A stretch of DNA of 64,000 nucleotides from Candidatus Latescibacterota bacterium (GTDB taxonomy: Bacteria > Latescibacterota > UBA2968 > UBA8231): NCBI GenBank assembly GCA_965200315.1, contig OZ241362.1:2912001-2976000 (forward strand), given 5' to 3'. Both the position numbers and the translations under genes were made by a program. The stretch's first letter is position 1. Each line of letters begins with the position of its first letter. The notes beneath the pieces were generated by a model. The model did no database searches. It worked only from the letters and a program-made list of their open reading frames with translations, and had not been told where the DNA came from. This document shows positions 49,049-64,000 of the stretch, in pieces.

Positions 49049-49317
49049 TGTGGGGCAAAAAAAATAGGTAGTTTGGCCACCAAGGAGTCCAGCTCCCTTT
49101 CCAAGTTAGCAAAGGGAGCTCCGATGGCTGACGGTTGGCATAAAACGACTAGATCACAAGGAAAGTGCGGGCGATTACGGCAAATGCTGCGCAGGCGTCG
49201 CTTGAGCCGATTGCGCTTTACAGCATTGCCTAGTTTGCGTCGGACGACAAAAATTTGACCGCGACCTTCTCGACCGCAGCGGATCCAAAAACAGCGGCCT
49301 CTAACCCAATCCATCAA
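49045..49317 (-). CDS. rnpA: RNase P protein component, N-terminally short
   Basis: RNR motif [16 protein letters not shown]; lies between rpmH and yidD. Confidence 0.85.
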   Translation of the reverse strand: MMDWVRGRCFWIRCGREGRGQIFVVRRKLGNAVKRNRLKRRLRSICRNRPHFPCDLVVLCQPSAIGAPFANLERELDSLVAKLPIFFAPQ

Positions 49318-49320
49318 GCA

Positions 49321-49455
49321 CTAGACGGCTAGCTGCTTGCGTCCTTTTCTTCGACGACGATTGATGATATTGCGACCAGCCGGCGTACTCATGCGCTTGC
49401 GAAAACCGTGCTTGTTGCGGCGGCGCCTGTTGCTAGGCTGAAATGTGCGTTTCAA
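49321..49455 (-). CDS. rpmH: 50S ribosomal protein L34
   Basis: Hand translation from TTG: [44 protein letters not shown]. Confidence 0.97.
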   Translation of the reverse strand: MKRTFQPSNRRRRNKHGFRKRMSTPAGRNIINRRRRKGRKQLAV

Positions 49456-49655
49456 AATAAAATTCTCTCTCGTTGGTTTATGTGCAGCATACGCATAAAC
49501 GATTCAATTTAGTGGCTATTATAATAAGTGTCAATACTTTCAACTCTTTGAACGCTAGCGATTTCAATGAAACTTCGCGGTGGACTCTTGACTGACGTAT
49601 GCCTTCTTCATAGGTTGAAAATCTCCCTTAAAAATAGCGAGCTTCGCTTCAATAA

Positions 49656-51050
49656 ATGGCACTGGAAATACAAGATCCCCAAGAACTTTGGGCCCAATGT
49701 CTGCTCAATATCGAGCGTCAAGTTCGTCCCCAGAGTTTTACTAATTGGTTTAAGCAGCCTTCAGTAAGCCACTTCGACCAAGACTTATTGGTCATCCAAG
49801 TTCCCAGCGCATTTTCTGCCGCTTGGATAGAAGAGCACTACTTGCAGATGATCCAATCCGTAGTATGGGAAGAGACGGCACTGACTCCCAAGATCTCCTT
49901 TGTTGTTGCACAAGCCTCCCAATCTGCTGGCGATCAAGTGCTACCTGTTGAGCAGGAGGTACCTGCAAACGAAGGAGAACCGGCAGAAGATGAACCAGAA
50001 GAAATAGAAGCAGTTCCAGCCCGATCGCTAAACAAGCGCTATACATTTGAAGAATTCATCATTGGCGATAGCAATCAGATTGCCCATGCAACGGCCTTAG
50101 CCGTAGCCAAGGCCCCAGGTAAAACGGACTTTAATCCCTTGGTGATCTACGGAGGCGTAGGACTGGGTAAAACGCATCTGCTGCAAGCGATTGGGCATCA
50201 CGCCTATAAGCACAACCTCGCCGAGAAGATCGTTTACGTTCCCTCGGAAAAGTTTATGAGGGATTTCATCCAATCGCTCCAAGACCGCAAGTCCATAGGT
50301 GAATTTCAGAGTTTCTATCGGAGCGCGGACATTCTCCTCGTCGACGACATCCAGTTTTTGATCCGCGGTGAACAGACCCAAAATGAGTTCTTTCACACTT
50401 TTAATGCCTTACACCAGTCCGAGAAGCAGATCGTCATGACCTGCGACAGTCCTCCCGGCCATCTAGATGGATTAGAAGAAAGACTGAAATCCCGCTTCAT
50501 CTGGGGACTGACCACCGCCATAGATGCGCCCGAGCTCGAGACCCGGATTGCCATCCTGCACAGAAAGGCCGAGCGCAACGGCATACGGATTTCCGATGAT
50601 GTGGCCACTCTGCTGGGCAATCACATCCGATCAAATGTCCGCGAACTCGAAGGCACCTTGATTAGCTTGATGGCCTACTGCTCAATCCATAAGAAGGAAC
50701 TCGACCTAGAGGCGGCCCAGCATATTATACAGGAACAGGGGCCCAGCCCATCGGAAGTGAGCATTGAAGCAATCCAGCAGCAGGTCGCCGACCATTTTAA
50801 CCTGACTCAAGAGCAACTTACTGGAAAAGGACGCACGCAAGACGTGGCAACGGCACGGCAGATTGCAATGTTCTTAATTAGGACTCTCATCGGCAGTCAC
50901 TTCACTACCATCGGCTTACACTTTGGTAACCGCGATCACAGCACGGTCATCCACGCTGTAAACACTGTTGAGAAGAAGTATAAAAACGATCCCTCCTTTG
51001 CTAGACTAGTCGAGGATTTGTCGGAAACCGTCCGTCGGCAAAGCCGCTAG
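49656..51050 (+). CDS. dnaA: Chromosomal replication initiator
   Basis: GGVGLGKTH, LLVDDIQF, NVRELEG, RDHSTVIHA. Confidence 0.98.
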   Translation: MALEIQDPQELWAQCLLNIERQVRPQSFTNWFKQPSVSHFDQDLLVIQVPSAFSAAWIEEHYLQMIQSVVWEETALTPKISFVVAQASQSAGDQVLPVEQEVPANEGEPAEDEPEEIEAVPARSLNKRYTFEEFIIGDSNQIAHATALAVAKAPGKTDFNPLVIYGGVGLGKTHLLQAIGHHAYKHNLAEKIVYVPSEKFMRDFIQSLQDRKSIGEFQSFYRSADILLVDDIQFLIRGEQTQNEFFHTFNALHQSEKQIVMTCDSPPGHLDGLEERLKSRFIWGLTTAIDAPELETRIAILHRKAERNGIRISDDVATLLGNHIRSNVRELEGTLISLMAYCSIHKKELDLEAAQHIIQEQGPSPSEVSIEAIQQQVADHFNLTQEQLTGKGRTQDVATARQIAMFLIRTLIGSHFTTIGLHFGNRDHSTVIHAVNTVEKKYKNDPSFARLVEDLSETVRRQSR

Positions 51051-51593
51051 CCCCATCTCTTTAGTCCTCTCTGTCTGTATTTTTTACTACTATAGTGCCT
51101 ATTTGTCAGTGGAAAACTATTAACATCTATCCCCGCATAGGTATTGATTGGGTGTGGATAAGTCTGGCGAAAAAAGAAAACCGTCGTTTTTGACCTCTTA
51201 CGTGTGGAAAACTTTGGTTTTCCACTCCACAATCCACAGACAAGCTCCTGTTACCAAGTTATCAACTTTATCACGTAAGTATCTTATTAACAATATATTT
51301 TGTTGCTTGTAGATAACTTTTTAATACAGTTATCCACATATCCACAGTACAACTATAACTAAAAAAAGTAAAAGAACACGAAAAAGTGTAGTTCTATCAG
51401 AAGTATGGATGTGGATTGCGTTTTTTGGTTATACACACTTTTTATTCTTTTGCCACACACATACTCATATGTTCACCTCTATTAAAAAACGGGACACTAT
51501 ACTATAGAACTTGACGTAAGTAGGGATAAAAGCTAAATTTATATTGGTATTCAAAAGGCGATTTTATCCAGACATGATCCTACGAGAAGTGCT
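51051..51593. other. Replication origin oriC
   Basis: AT-rich dnaA-dnaN spacer with DnaA boxes (TGTGGATAA 51153, TGTGGAAAA 51203, TTATCCACA 51330, ATATCCACA 51338, TTATACACA 51429) and trio-like TAC-AAC-TAT-AAC; core-gene orientation switches nearby, at rpmH/dnaA. Confidence 0.9.
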
Positions 51594-52757
51594 ATGAAGT
51601 TAAAAGTAGATCGCAGTGAATTATGGCGGGGCATTGATACTGTATTAGAAGCTGTGTCTTCAAAACCCTCCCTACCGGTGTTGGCCAATATCCTGCTTGA
51701 GGCCGATGGGAAAATCCTATCCCTATCGGCGACGGATTTAGATTTGTCCATCCGGACTCAAGTCTCTGCTATAGTAGAGGAGAGTGGGAGGACGACTGTT
51801 TCGGCGCGCAAGCTGGCAGAAATCACCCGAGAATGGCCCGAGGCGGAAGTGAGTATTGAGGTGCAGGACGAGCGACTCAAGCTCTCAGGGCAGCTCGGGG
51901 ACGCCGAAAGCAGCGAAGGAGCGTATAGCCTGTCGGGCATAGAGGCTAACGAGTTTCCCCCTATGCCGACAGCTCTCGACGGCGTAAGCCTGAGTCTGGG
52001 AGAGGACGATGGCGAGACCAATGTTCTGGTAGATATGATCAACAAGACGGTCTTTGCCGTCTCCGGCGATGATACGCGGCCCGTGTTCAATGGGGTGCTC
52101 TGGCGCATCGATGCACAGGGAATGGAGATGGTGGCTACCGACGGGTCGCGCCTAGCTTGTTACAGATTAGCCATAGATTTGCAGGATCAGGTACAGGGCG
52201 ACCAAGAGACCGCGGTCATCGTCCCCCCCCAAGCGTTGAACCAGATCGTCAAATTTTTGGGCAGCCATAAAGGGCCAGTCAACGTCACGCTAGGCGAGAC
52301 GCAGATCCTGTTTGACATAGGACATACGCATTTGCTGTCGCGTCTGATCGAGGGACCGTATGTCAACTATGCCCAAGTCATTCCGCAAAATAACACAAAA
52401 GAGCTAAGAATAGCTAGCGAAGATCTGCTGCCGTCCGTCCGTCGGGTATCCATCCTCTCCAGTTCTTATACGCGCCAAGTGCGTTTTAAGCTGGACAGTG
52501 GTCAAGTTGAGCTGTCGGCCGCCAGTCCCGAAATCGGTGGCGAAGCGAGGGAAATCGTACCGGCCCAGTACGCCTCTGAAGAGCTAGAAGTTGGCTACAA
52601 TGCCCAATATCTGATGGATATCCTGCGCAGAATGGACGCGTCCGAAGTCTGTTTCCAGCTCAACGACCACGTCACCGCAGCCTTGTTGCGGCCGATGGAA
52701 CAAAAGGAAGGTGAGGATTACTTCTGCTTGCTAATGCCCTTGCGGCCGACAGGATGA
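51594..52757 (+). CDS. dnaN: DNA polymerase III beta clamp
   Basis: ATDLD, VATDGSRL, C-terminal LLMPLR. Confidence 0.97.
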   Translation: MKLKVDRSELWRGIDTVLEAVSSKPSLPVLANILLEADGKILSLSATDLDLSIRTQVSAIVEESGRTTVSARKLAEITREWPEAEVSIEVQDERLKLSGQLGDAESSEGAYSLSGIEANEFPPMPTALDGVSLSLGEDDGETNVLVDMINKTVFAVSGDDTRPVFNGVLWRIDAQGMEMVATDGSRLACYRLAIDLQDQVQGDQETAVIVPPQALNQIVKFLGSHKGPVNVTLGETQILFDIGHTHLLSRLIEGPYVNYAQVIPQNNTKELRIASEDLLPSVRRVSILSSSYTRQVRFKLDSGQVELSAASPEIGGEAREIVPAQYASEELEVGYNAQYLMDILRRMDASEVCFQLNDHVTAALLRPMEQKEGEDYFCLLMPLRPTG

Positions 52758-52771
52758 GGTAAGCGGGAATA

Positions 52772-53834
52772 GTGCGGATCTGTGAATTAACGCTGAGACC
52801 CTTCCGCAATTTTGCCGCGATTCACTTGGGCTTTGCCGCAGATCACGTGCTGATTTTTGGCCCAAATGGCCGCGGTAAAAGCAATATTCTAGAAGCGATT
52901 TCCTATTTATCTATCGGTAAGTCAGTGCGCGGGGCCAAGGATCAACACGTCGTGCCGCACGGCGAAGACTTCTTTGATATCCGAGCCTTGTGTAGTGATG
53001 GTCGCCACGACCAGCAAGTACGCGTCTTTTACAGTAAAAAGGAAGGTAAGAAGGCATTTGTCGATGCCACTTCCTTGCCTCGAGTCTCGGAACTGCTGGG
53101 TACCTTCCGCACCGTTCACTTCTCTCCTGAAGACGTATCGCTGGTGTTGCGCTTTCCGGCCCAGCGAAGGCGACTCCTCGACATACTTATCGTGCAGTCT
53201 AGCGCAGCGTACTTGCGATACATGCAGCGCTATTACCGCGTGTTAGCTCAGAGAAATCACTTGTTGCGTACCGCAAAAAAGTCGAAACACGGGCTTGTCG
53301 ATGGTCAAGTAATGGAACCTTGGAATGCCCAGCTAGTGGATTTGGGTGCCCAACTTCGACTATATCGCCTAGAGGCACTGAATAGGTTGAGAGTGCCCTT
53401 TCTCCGCTATTACGGCCGTTTCGCCTTAGCTGGTGAAGAGGCAGCTATTGTCTATCAAGGTACCAAGAAACAGGATTTGGAAGACCTTCGAGCCGAGTTA
53501 CGCGAGGCACTCAGTCGCCGCAGGGAACAGGAGACCCAAATAGGCTATACGCTGTGTGGGCCACACCGCGATGATTTGAAGTTCATATTGAACGGAGAAC
53601 CGGCCGATCTCTATGCCTCTGAGGGCCAATTAAGAGCCGTACTCATATCGTGGAAGCTGGCCGAGGCCCGTTACATGGAGGAGCAAACGGGCCGGCAGCC
53701 CGTACTTCTCTTAGACGATGCTTTTTCAGAGTTGGATTCAGGCCGGATAGGAGAACTATTGGACATAGTGGGTGAGTTTGAACAGGTCGTAGCGACGACT
53801 CCCCAAGAGCCTAATACAAGGCAGGCAGCCTGTT

Positions 53835-53860
<26 letters not shown>
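52772..53860 (+). CDS. recF: DNA repair protein RecF
   Basis: GPNGRGKSN, GPHRDD, SEGQ, LLLDDAFSELD. Confidence 0.96.
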
Positions 53861-56155
<2,295 letters not shown>

Positions 56156-56179
56156 AACGACAAAGCTAGGATTTAATTA

Positions 56180-58729
<2,550 letters not shown>

Positions 58730-58769
58730 CTAAGATAGGGCCTCATGTATATTTTTTCCTCGGGGAAAA

Positions 58770-58856
58770 GGAGGGTTAGACCTAATTGGTAAGGCAGCGG
58801 TCTTGAAAACCGCCGGGCTCACGCCCTTGAGGGTTCGAGTCCCTCACCCTCCGCCA
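58770..58856 (+). tRNA. tRNA-Ser (UGA)
   Basis: GGAGGGT/ACCCTCC stem, GCGGT-CT-TGA-AA-ACCGC, long variable arm, GCCA end. Confidence 0.95.
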
Positions 58857-58935
58857 TTTACCATATTTGATGCCGCCACAATCCCATCCCGTTTAGCGGT
58901 GGGAGCACGTCAAAAGTTTGTTTTGCAATGGTCGC

Positions 58936-59029
<94 letters not shown>

Positions 59030-59041
59030 ATTTTCGTTAGT

Positions 59042-59117
59042 TGCCCTCTAGCACAATTGGAAGTGCGCCTGACTCTGGATCAGGAGGTTCTAGGTTCGAG
59101 CCCTAGGGGGGCAGCCA
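59042..59117 (+). tRNA. tRNA-Gln (CUG)
   Basis: TGCCCTC/GGGGGCA stem, CCTGA-CT-CTG-GA-TCAGG, CCA. Confidence 0.95.
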
Positions 59118-59122
59118 ATCTC

Positions 59123-59160
59123 GGCTCCTGAAGGGAACGCTTCAGGAGCCTTCTTCTTTT
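59123..59160 (+). terminator. Rho-independent terminator of the tRNA operon
   Basis: GGCTCCTGAAG/CTTCAGGAGCC stem followed by a pyrimidine/T-rich tail. Confidence 0.8.
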
Positions 59161-59238
59161 GGTCTAATCCTGCCGAGAATCGGGACGAGGCCACATTCTC
59201 CCCGCATTAAGATTCTCCCTCAGCATTATCTCACGCCG

Positions 59239-60405
59239 ATGAGTGCCCGAAGCAGAGAACAACAGCTTGCCTGGGGCCTCCTCGCGCCGGCACTCGTCGT
59301 GCTGGGCGCGTTTGGAATCTTCCCTATTGGCTATGCCTTGTACGTCAGCTTGCACAAGTGGCGGATCAAGAAGGAAGCGGTGGTTGGACTCGACCACTAT
59401 GTCCGCGCCTTGGGAGACCCGCAGTACCTGCTGCCCTTCGTCGCCGGGATCGTTCTCGTATGGGCGGCCTATCGCCTGCGTGCCACGTTAGCATCGCCAA
59501 TACTGGCGACGGGAGGCTCCAAGCGCGGTCTTCGTCCTCGTTATGTCCGCATCGCATGGGGCGCGGTCGTGCTGCTGGGACTTTGGGTGGGATTGGCTCA
59601 GGGCTTGGGCGGCCTAGTTGAGACGGGCGATTCAGCACTGTACAACGGCTTCAAGGTCACGTTTTTCTACGCAGTCGGGACGATCCCGTTCCAATTGAGC
59701 TTGGCGACCGGACTGGCGTATTTGCTCTTCAAGATCACGCGGGCTAGAGGCGCGTTTCGTACGCTGTTTTTCCTGCCTTATATCACGCCGATCATCGCCT
59801 CAGCCGTGGTTTTTCGCACCATCTTTAGCCCTCACCCTTCCTCGCTGGCCAATCGCTTCTGGAGCTTTTGGGGGCTGGAGAATCAGCGCTGGCTCTACGA
59901 AAGCAAGTCCGTCGTAGCTTTGTTACTACAGGGTGCCGGTTTTGCTTCGTACCCCGCATGGGTGGACAGCATCTTCCCGAGCTTAGCCCTGACCTCGATT
60001 ATCCTCTACAACATTTGGGTCTATGTCGGGTACGACACGGTGATTTTACTGGCCGGCCTCAGTGCGATCCCCAAGCAATACTACGAGGCCGCGGAGATGG
60101 ACGGTGCTGGCGAGTGGCAAGTCTTCCGCCACATTACCCTGCCCTTGGTCTCACCAACCCTGTTCTTTTTGTCTATGGTGGCCGTCATTGGGACCTTCAA
60201 AGCCTTTAATCATGTTTATATCCTGCGGACGCCGGGGGCCCGCGACTCGGTCGATGTGCTCAGTATTGCCATTTTCGACCAAGTTTTTGAGTACCACAAC
60301 GCCGGCTATGCCTCGGCGATGGCCTTTGTGCTCTTCGTCGCAATTTTGGCGTTGACGCTGCTACAAAACCGGGTGCTCGGCAGGCGGGTGTTTTATGGCG
60401 ACTAG
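59239..60405 (+). CDS. Carbohydrate ABC transporter permease 1
   Basis: EAA loop YYEAAEMDGA; HITLPLVSPT; extra TM insertion near the N-terminus. Confidence 0.92.
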   Translation: MSARSREQQLAWGLLAPALVVLGAFGIFPIGYALYVSLHKWRIKKEAVVGLDHYVRALGDPQYLLPFVAGIVLVWAAYRLRATLASPILATGGSKRGLRPRYVRIAWGAVVLLGLWVGLAQGLGGLVETGDSALYNGFKVTFFYAVGTIPFQLSLATGLAYLLFKITRARGAFRTLFFLPYITPIIASAVVFRTIFSPHPSSLANRFWSFWGLENQRWLYESKSVVALLLQGAGFASYPAWVDSIFPSLALTSIILYNIWVYVGYDTVILLAGLSAIPKQYYEAAEMDGAGEWQVFRHITLPLVSPTLFFLSMVAVIGTFKAFNHVYILRTPGARDSVDVLSIAIFDQVFEYHNAGYASAMAFVLFVAILALTLLQNRVLGRRVFYGD

Positions 60406-61231
60406 GGGCGGCAAAGATAGGCTGATTTACGGCGGCTTGAGCTTGGGGGGGCTGGCTGCTGGCTTTCCGTTCGCGTGGATGCTTTTGGCTTCTTTTATGA
60501 GCCGCGGCGAATCGCTGCGGCGGGCCTTGCTGCCCGAGCGCGTACAATGGGACAATTATATCGAAGCATGGCAAGAGGCGGATTTCGGTCTGTATTTTGA
60601 GAATTCGCTGATCATCGCCGTCCTCCAGGTCAGCGGGACCCTGCTTTTCTCAGTGATGGCGGCTTATCCGCTAGCGAGGATGCAGTTTCGCGGACGCGAC
60701 GTGGTGTTTACCGGCGTATTGGCTACGCTGATGATCCCCGAGGCCGTGACCATCGTGCCGAATTTTCTCGTCGTGACTTGGTTGCACGGCAATACGCCGT
60801 TTGCTTGGCTCAATAGCTGGCCGGCCCTGACCATTCCCTTTATGGCCAGTGCTTTTAGCATCTTTCTCTTGCGCCAGTTTATGCGGGGCCTGCCCAACGA
60901 ACTGTGGGATGCGGCCCGGATTGAGGGAGCCGGCCACGTGCGCTTTTTGTTTCAGATCGCGGTCCCCTTGTGCCGAGCACCCCTTTTGACGGTTGGTATG
61001 TTTACGTTTATTGGTTCATGGAACGCCTTGGCTTGGCCGCTACTGGTGACCAATACGCCGGATTGGCGTCCGATTGCCGTGGGTTTGCAGCAGTTTGCCA
61101 GTGAGGCCGGGACCGAAGTCCACCTGCAAATGGCCGGAGCGGTCATTGCAACGGCTCCCGTACTTTTGGCGTATTTTCTCATCCAGCGAGAATTCACCGA
61201 AGGCATTTCCATTTCTGGACTCAAAGGATAA
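60395..61231 (+). CDS. Carbohydrate ABC transporter permease 2
   Basis: WDNY..AW, ELWDAARIEGA, FIGSWN. Confidence 0.93.
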   Translation: MATRGGKDRLIYGGLSLGGLAAGFPFAWMLLASFMSRGESLRRALLPERVQWDNYIEAWQEADFGLYFENSLIIAVLQVSGTLLFSVMAAYPLARMQFRGRDVVFTGVLATLMIPEAVTIVPNFLVVTWLHGNTPFAWLNSWPALTIPFMASAFSIFLLRQFMRGLPNELWDAARIEGAGHVRFLFQIAVPLCRAPLLTVGMFTFIGSWNALAWPLLVTNTPDWRPIAVGLQQFASEAGTEVHLQMAGAVIATAPVLLAYFLIQREFTEGISISGLKG

Positions 61232-61235
61232 CGCC

Positions 61236-62558
61236 ATGAAACCAAGAAGTGCGATGACGTTGGTTTGGTGTGCCTTTTTGTGGGCTTGTAGCGGCCAACA
61301 GGAGGCCGTACACGAGCAGCAGACCAATCTTGAAGCCCTCGATCCGCAGGGCCAAAAGATCGTCTTTTGGTACCAACACACCGGCCAGCGCGAAGATGCC
61401 ATGCAAGAGCTGATTGCCGACTTTAACCAGACCAATCGCTATGGAATTGAGGTGCGCGGCGAGTATATGGGGCGCTACGGGGACATCTACAACAAGATGA
61501 ACGTGGGTATCCAGAGCGGTTCGCTGGCCGCCAGCTTGGTAGTAGCCTACCAAAATCAAGCCCTCGCCTACTACCAGGCCGACGGCATAGTGGATATAGC
61601 ACCCTATATGGATTCGCCCCAATGGGGCTTGTCGCCAGAGGAGCGGAGCGACTACGTCCAAGCGTTTCTGGCGCAGGACAATATCGGCGGAGTGCAGGTT
61701 GGTTTCCCACCGAATCGCTCGATGGAGCTGCTCTACTACAATGCTGATTGGTTGCACGAGCTGGGCTACGACAGCCCGCCGGCGACGTGGGACGATTTTG
61801 CCGCGATGTGCCGCCAGGCCAAAGAGCAACCCTTTAGCAAAAATGAAAACCCCGCCGGCAGTTTGGGTTTTTTGCTTGATTTTGACGCCAGCCGATTTGC
61901 CGCGATGGTCTTTAGCCGCGGCGGAGACCTAGTAGATGCAACCGGCACTGCCTATGCGCTAGACTCGCCCGAAGTTAAAGCGGTCCTAGCACTGTTGCAG
62001 GAACTAGCGCGGGACGACGCGCTGGACATCGCAGGAGAACAGGATGTCGAGGTAAACGAGTTCGTCACCGGTCAGATCCTCTTCTCGCAGGATTCTTCCT
62101 CTGGTTTGCCCTTTTACAAGAGTGGCATTGAAGACTCTGGGCTGGCCTTTGAGTGGGGAGTAACCCATCCGCCGCAGACGGGATCGCGGCCGGTTGTTGA
62201 CGTGTACGGGGCCAGCGTATCGATCTGCGCTGGTAAGCCCGCAAAACAGCTAGCGGCGTGGCTTTTCCTCAAGTGGTTTACGGCCCCAGAGCAACAAGCG
62301 CGGTGGGTGCGGGCGAGCAACTACTTTCCGGTGCGCAAAAGTACGGCGCGGGAGTTGGAAAGCTATTTTGAGGAAAACCCGCACTATGGAGTGGCGTTTG
62401 GCATGTTGGACTACGGGAAGTCAGAGCCGACGATGGCAGGGTATGAACGGGTACGGCGATTGATTCAAGAGGCGATGATAGAGGTGATTGAAGGCGAGGA
62501 CGTCGAACAAGTGGTGGAAGAATTGCAACGTGCAGCAAATCAGACACTTGAGCCGTAG
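61236..62558 (+). CDS. ABC transporter solute-binding lipoprotein (UgpB-like)
   Basis: Lipobox LWAC, LLYYNAD, PATWDDF, AAWLFLKW. Confidence 0.9.
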   Translation: MKPRSAMTLVWCAFLWACSGQQEAVHEQQTNLEALDPQGQKIVFWYQHTGQREDAMQELIADFNQTNRYGIEVRGEYMGRYGDIYNKMNVGIQSGSLAASLVVAYQNQALAYYQADGIVDIAPYMDSPQWGLSPEERSDYVQAFLAQDNIGGVQVGFPPNRSMELLYYNADWLHELGYDSPPATWDDFAAMCRQAKEQPFSKNENPAGSLGFLLDFDASRFAAMVFSRGGDLVDATGTAYALDSPEVKAVLALLQELARDDALDIAGEQDVEVNEFVTGQILFSQDSSSGLPFYKSGIEDSGLAFEWGVTHPPQTGSRPVVDVYGASVSICAGKPAKQLAAWLFLKWFTAPEQQARWVRASNYFPVRKSTARELESYFEENPHYGVAFGMLDYGKSEPTMAGYERVRRLIQEAMIEVIEGEDVEQVVEELQRAANQTLEP

Positions 62559-62582
62559 GCGAAAAAGGAGAGCAAGTGCAAA

Positions 62583-63941
62583 ATGGCTGGAGACAATAGA
62601 CAACCAAACGTCATAGTCTTTTTTACGGATCAACAGCGCTGGGACACAACGGGGCTACACGGTAATCCGATGGGCCTTACGCCGCATCTCGATCGCTTAG
62701 CCCGCGAGTACACCCACGCGGCCCATTCCTTTACGTGCCAACCCGTCTGCGGCCCGGCGCGCTCCTGTCTGCAAACGGGTCTCTACGCCACGACCACAGG
62801 CTGTTACCGCAACGGCATTCCCCTGCCTGCCGACAGCCAAACCCTCGCCCACTACTTTGCTGAGGCAGGCTACGACACGGGATATATCGGCAAGTGGCAT
62901 CTCCACGAGCGAGGGACCACCGGTCCAGTGCCAGCCGCGGACCGCTTTGGCTATCAGTACTGGTTGGCGTCGAATGTTCTCGAGTTTACTTCCGACGCCT
63001 ACAGCACGGTCCTCTACGACAATGACGACCAACCTGTCCGCCTACCTGGTTATCGAGTGGATGCGGTCACGGATGCCGCAATTCGCTACGTGGATGCGCA
63101 TCAAGATCGTCCCTTTTTTCTTTTTATCTCCTATATTGAACCTCATCACCAGAACCACTTGGACGACTATCCACCCCCCGACGGCTACCGGGAAGTCTAT
63201 ACCGGAGGCTGGATCCCGCCCGATCTAGCGGCACTGGCCGGCTCGGTTCACCAGCACTTAGGCGGCTATTACGGGATGGTCAAGCGGCTCGACGAAGCCT
63301 ATGGCCGCCTGCACGATGCGCTCAAAAGCTTGGATCTAGCCGACGACACCATCGCGCTCTTTACCTCGGATCATGGCTGTCATTTCAAGACGCGCAACAA
63401 CGAGTACAAACGCTCTTGTCACGAAAGTTCGATCCGCGTACCGACGGTCTTGACTGGCCCTGGTTTTCGCGGCGGCCAATTGCAAGAATTGGTTAGCTTA
63501 ATCGACCTGCCGCCAACTCTTTTGGATGCGGCCGGTCTGGAAGTCCCCGAGCAGATGCAGGGCCACTCGCTCATGCCGCTTTTGCGCGGTGAAGAAGCCG
63601 ATTGGCCCGCAGAGGTCTTCGTGCAGATCAGCGAAGCCCAAGTGGGGCGGGCCGTTCGCACTCATCGGTGGAAGTACGGGGTGGATGCTCCGGACGGGCA
63701 AGGAAGAGACGTGGCAGGAGCCGATCACTACGAAGAGCAATATCTCTACGATCTCCAAGCAGACCCCTACGAACTGAACAATCTAGTCGGTCTCGAGTCG
63801 CACCGGGAGGTGGCCGAGGTAATGCGGGAACGGCTCTTGAGACGCATGGAAGAAGCCGGAGAGGCTCGCCCTCACATCAAAGAGGCCGAGCAGCGCCGCT
63901 CTGGCCAGCGGAAGGTCAGCCCAGCGGAAGCGTATTCTTAG
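62583..63941 (+). CDS. Formylglycine-dependent sulfatase
   Basis: PNVIVFFTDQQR, CGPARS..TG (CxPxR), GKWH, SDHG. Confidence 0.95.
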   Translation: MAGDNRQPNVIVFFTDQQRWDTTGLHGNPMGLTPHLDRLAREYTHAAHSFTCQPVCGPARSCLQTGLYATTTGCYRNGIPLPADSQTLAHYFAEAGYDTGYIGKWHLHERGTTGPVPAADRFGYQYWLASNVLEFTSDAYSTVLYDNDDQPVRLPGYRVDAVTDAAIRYVDAHQDRPFFLFISYIEPHHQNHLDDYPPPDGYREVYTGGWIPPDLAALAGSVHQHLGGYYGMVKRLDEAYGRLHDALKSLDLADDTIALFTSDHGCHFKTRNNEYKRSCHESSIRVPTVLTGPGFRGGQLQELVSLIDLPPTLLDAAGLEVPEQMQGHSLMPLLRGEEADWPAEVFVQISEAQVGRAVRTHRWKYGVDAPDGQGRDVAGADHYEEQYLYDLQADPYELNNLVGLESHREVAEVMRERLLRRMEEAGEARPHIKEAEQRRSGQRKVSPAEAYS

Positions 63942-64000
63942 TAGAGTCCAGCTTTTCGTGCAGCGTTTGAAGTTCAAATAGCCGCTTGACGACCAAAGAG

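Overview
Origin-spanning core chromosome of a bacterium whose gene style suggests the FCB group (FlgD-Ig/'PNPFNP' C-terminal domains, DUF151-UVR nucleases, Cys-type CcmE). Latescibacterota is a plausible lineage, but that is inference only. From left to right: an accessory, partly decayed block of secreted-protein genes next to the 3' end of tRNA-Sec (1-7713); a rearranged ispE-tRNA-Gln-rplY-pth-hppA-rpsF-DUF2232-rplI run; a giant TPR/sigma54-activator/HtrA/M24 operon; a cytochrome c maturation (Ccm) operon whose ccmE 5' end is present as five perfect 125-bp tandem copies; two tandem DUF151 nucleases; an XRE regulator divergent from a candidate structured non-coding RNA; glycosyltransferases, sucCD, rplU-rpmA, rne/rng, an S41 protease and tmk; the rsmG-mnmE-yidC-yidD-rnpA-rpmH / dnaA-oriC-dnaN-recF-dciA-gyrB-gyrA origin cluster with two parS sites; three tRNAs; and a sugar ABC transporter plus sulfatase. 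The best leads are the XRE/structured-RNA switch (32324-33200), the ccmE repeat array (possibly an assembly artefact), and a gyrase with substitutions at both coumarin- and quinolone-contact positions. No database searches or folding programs were run; all calls come from reading the sequence.
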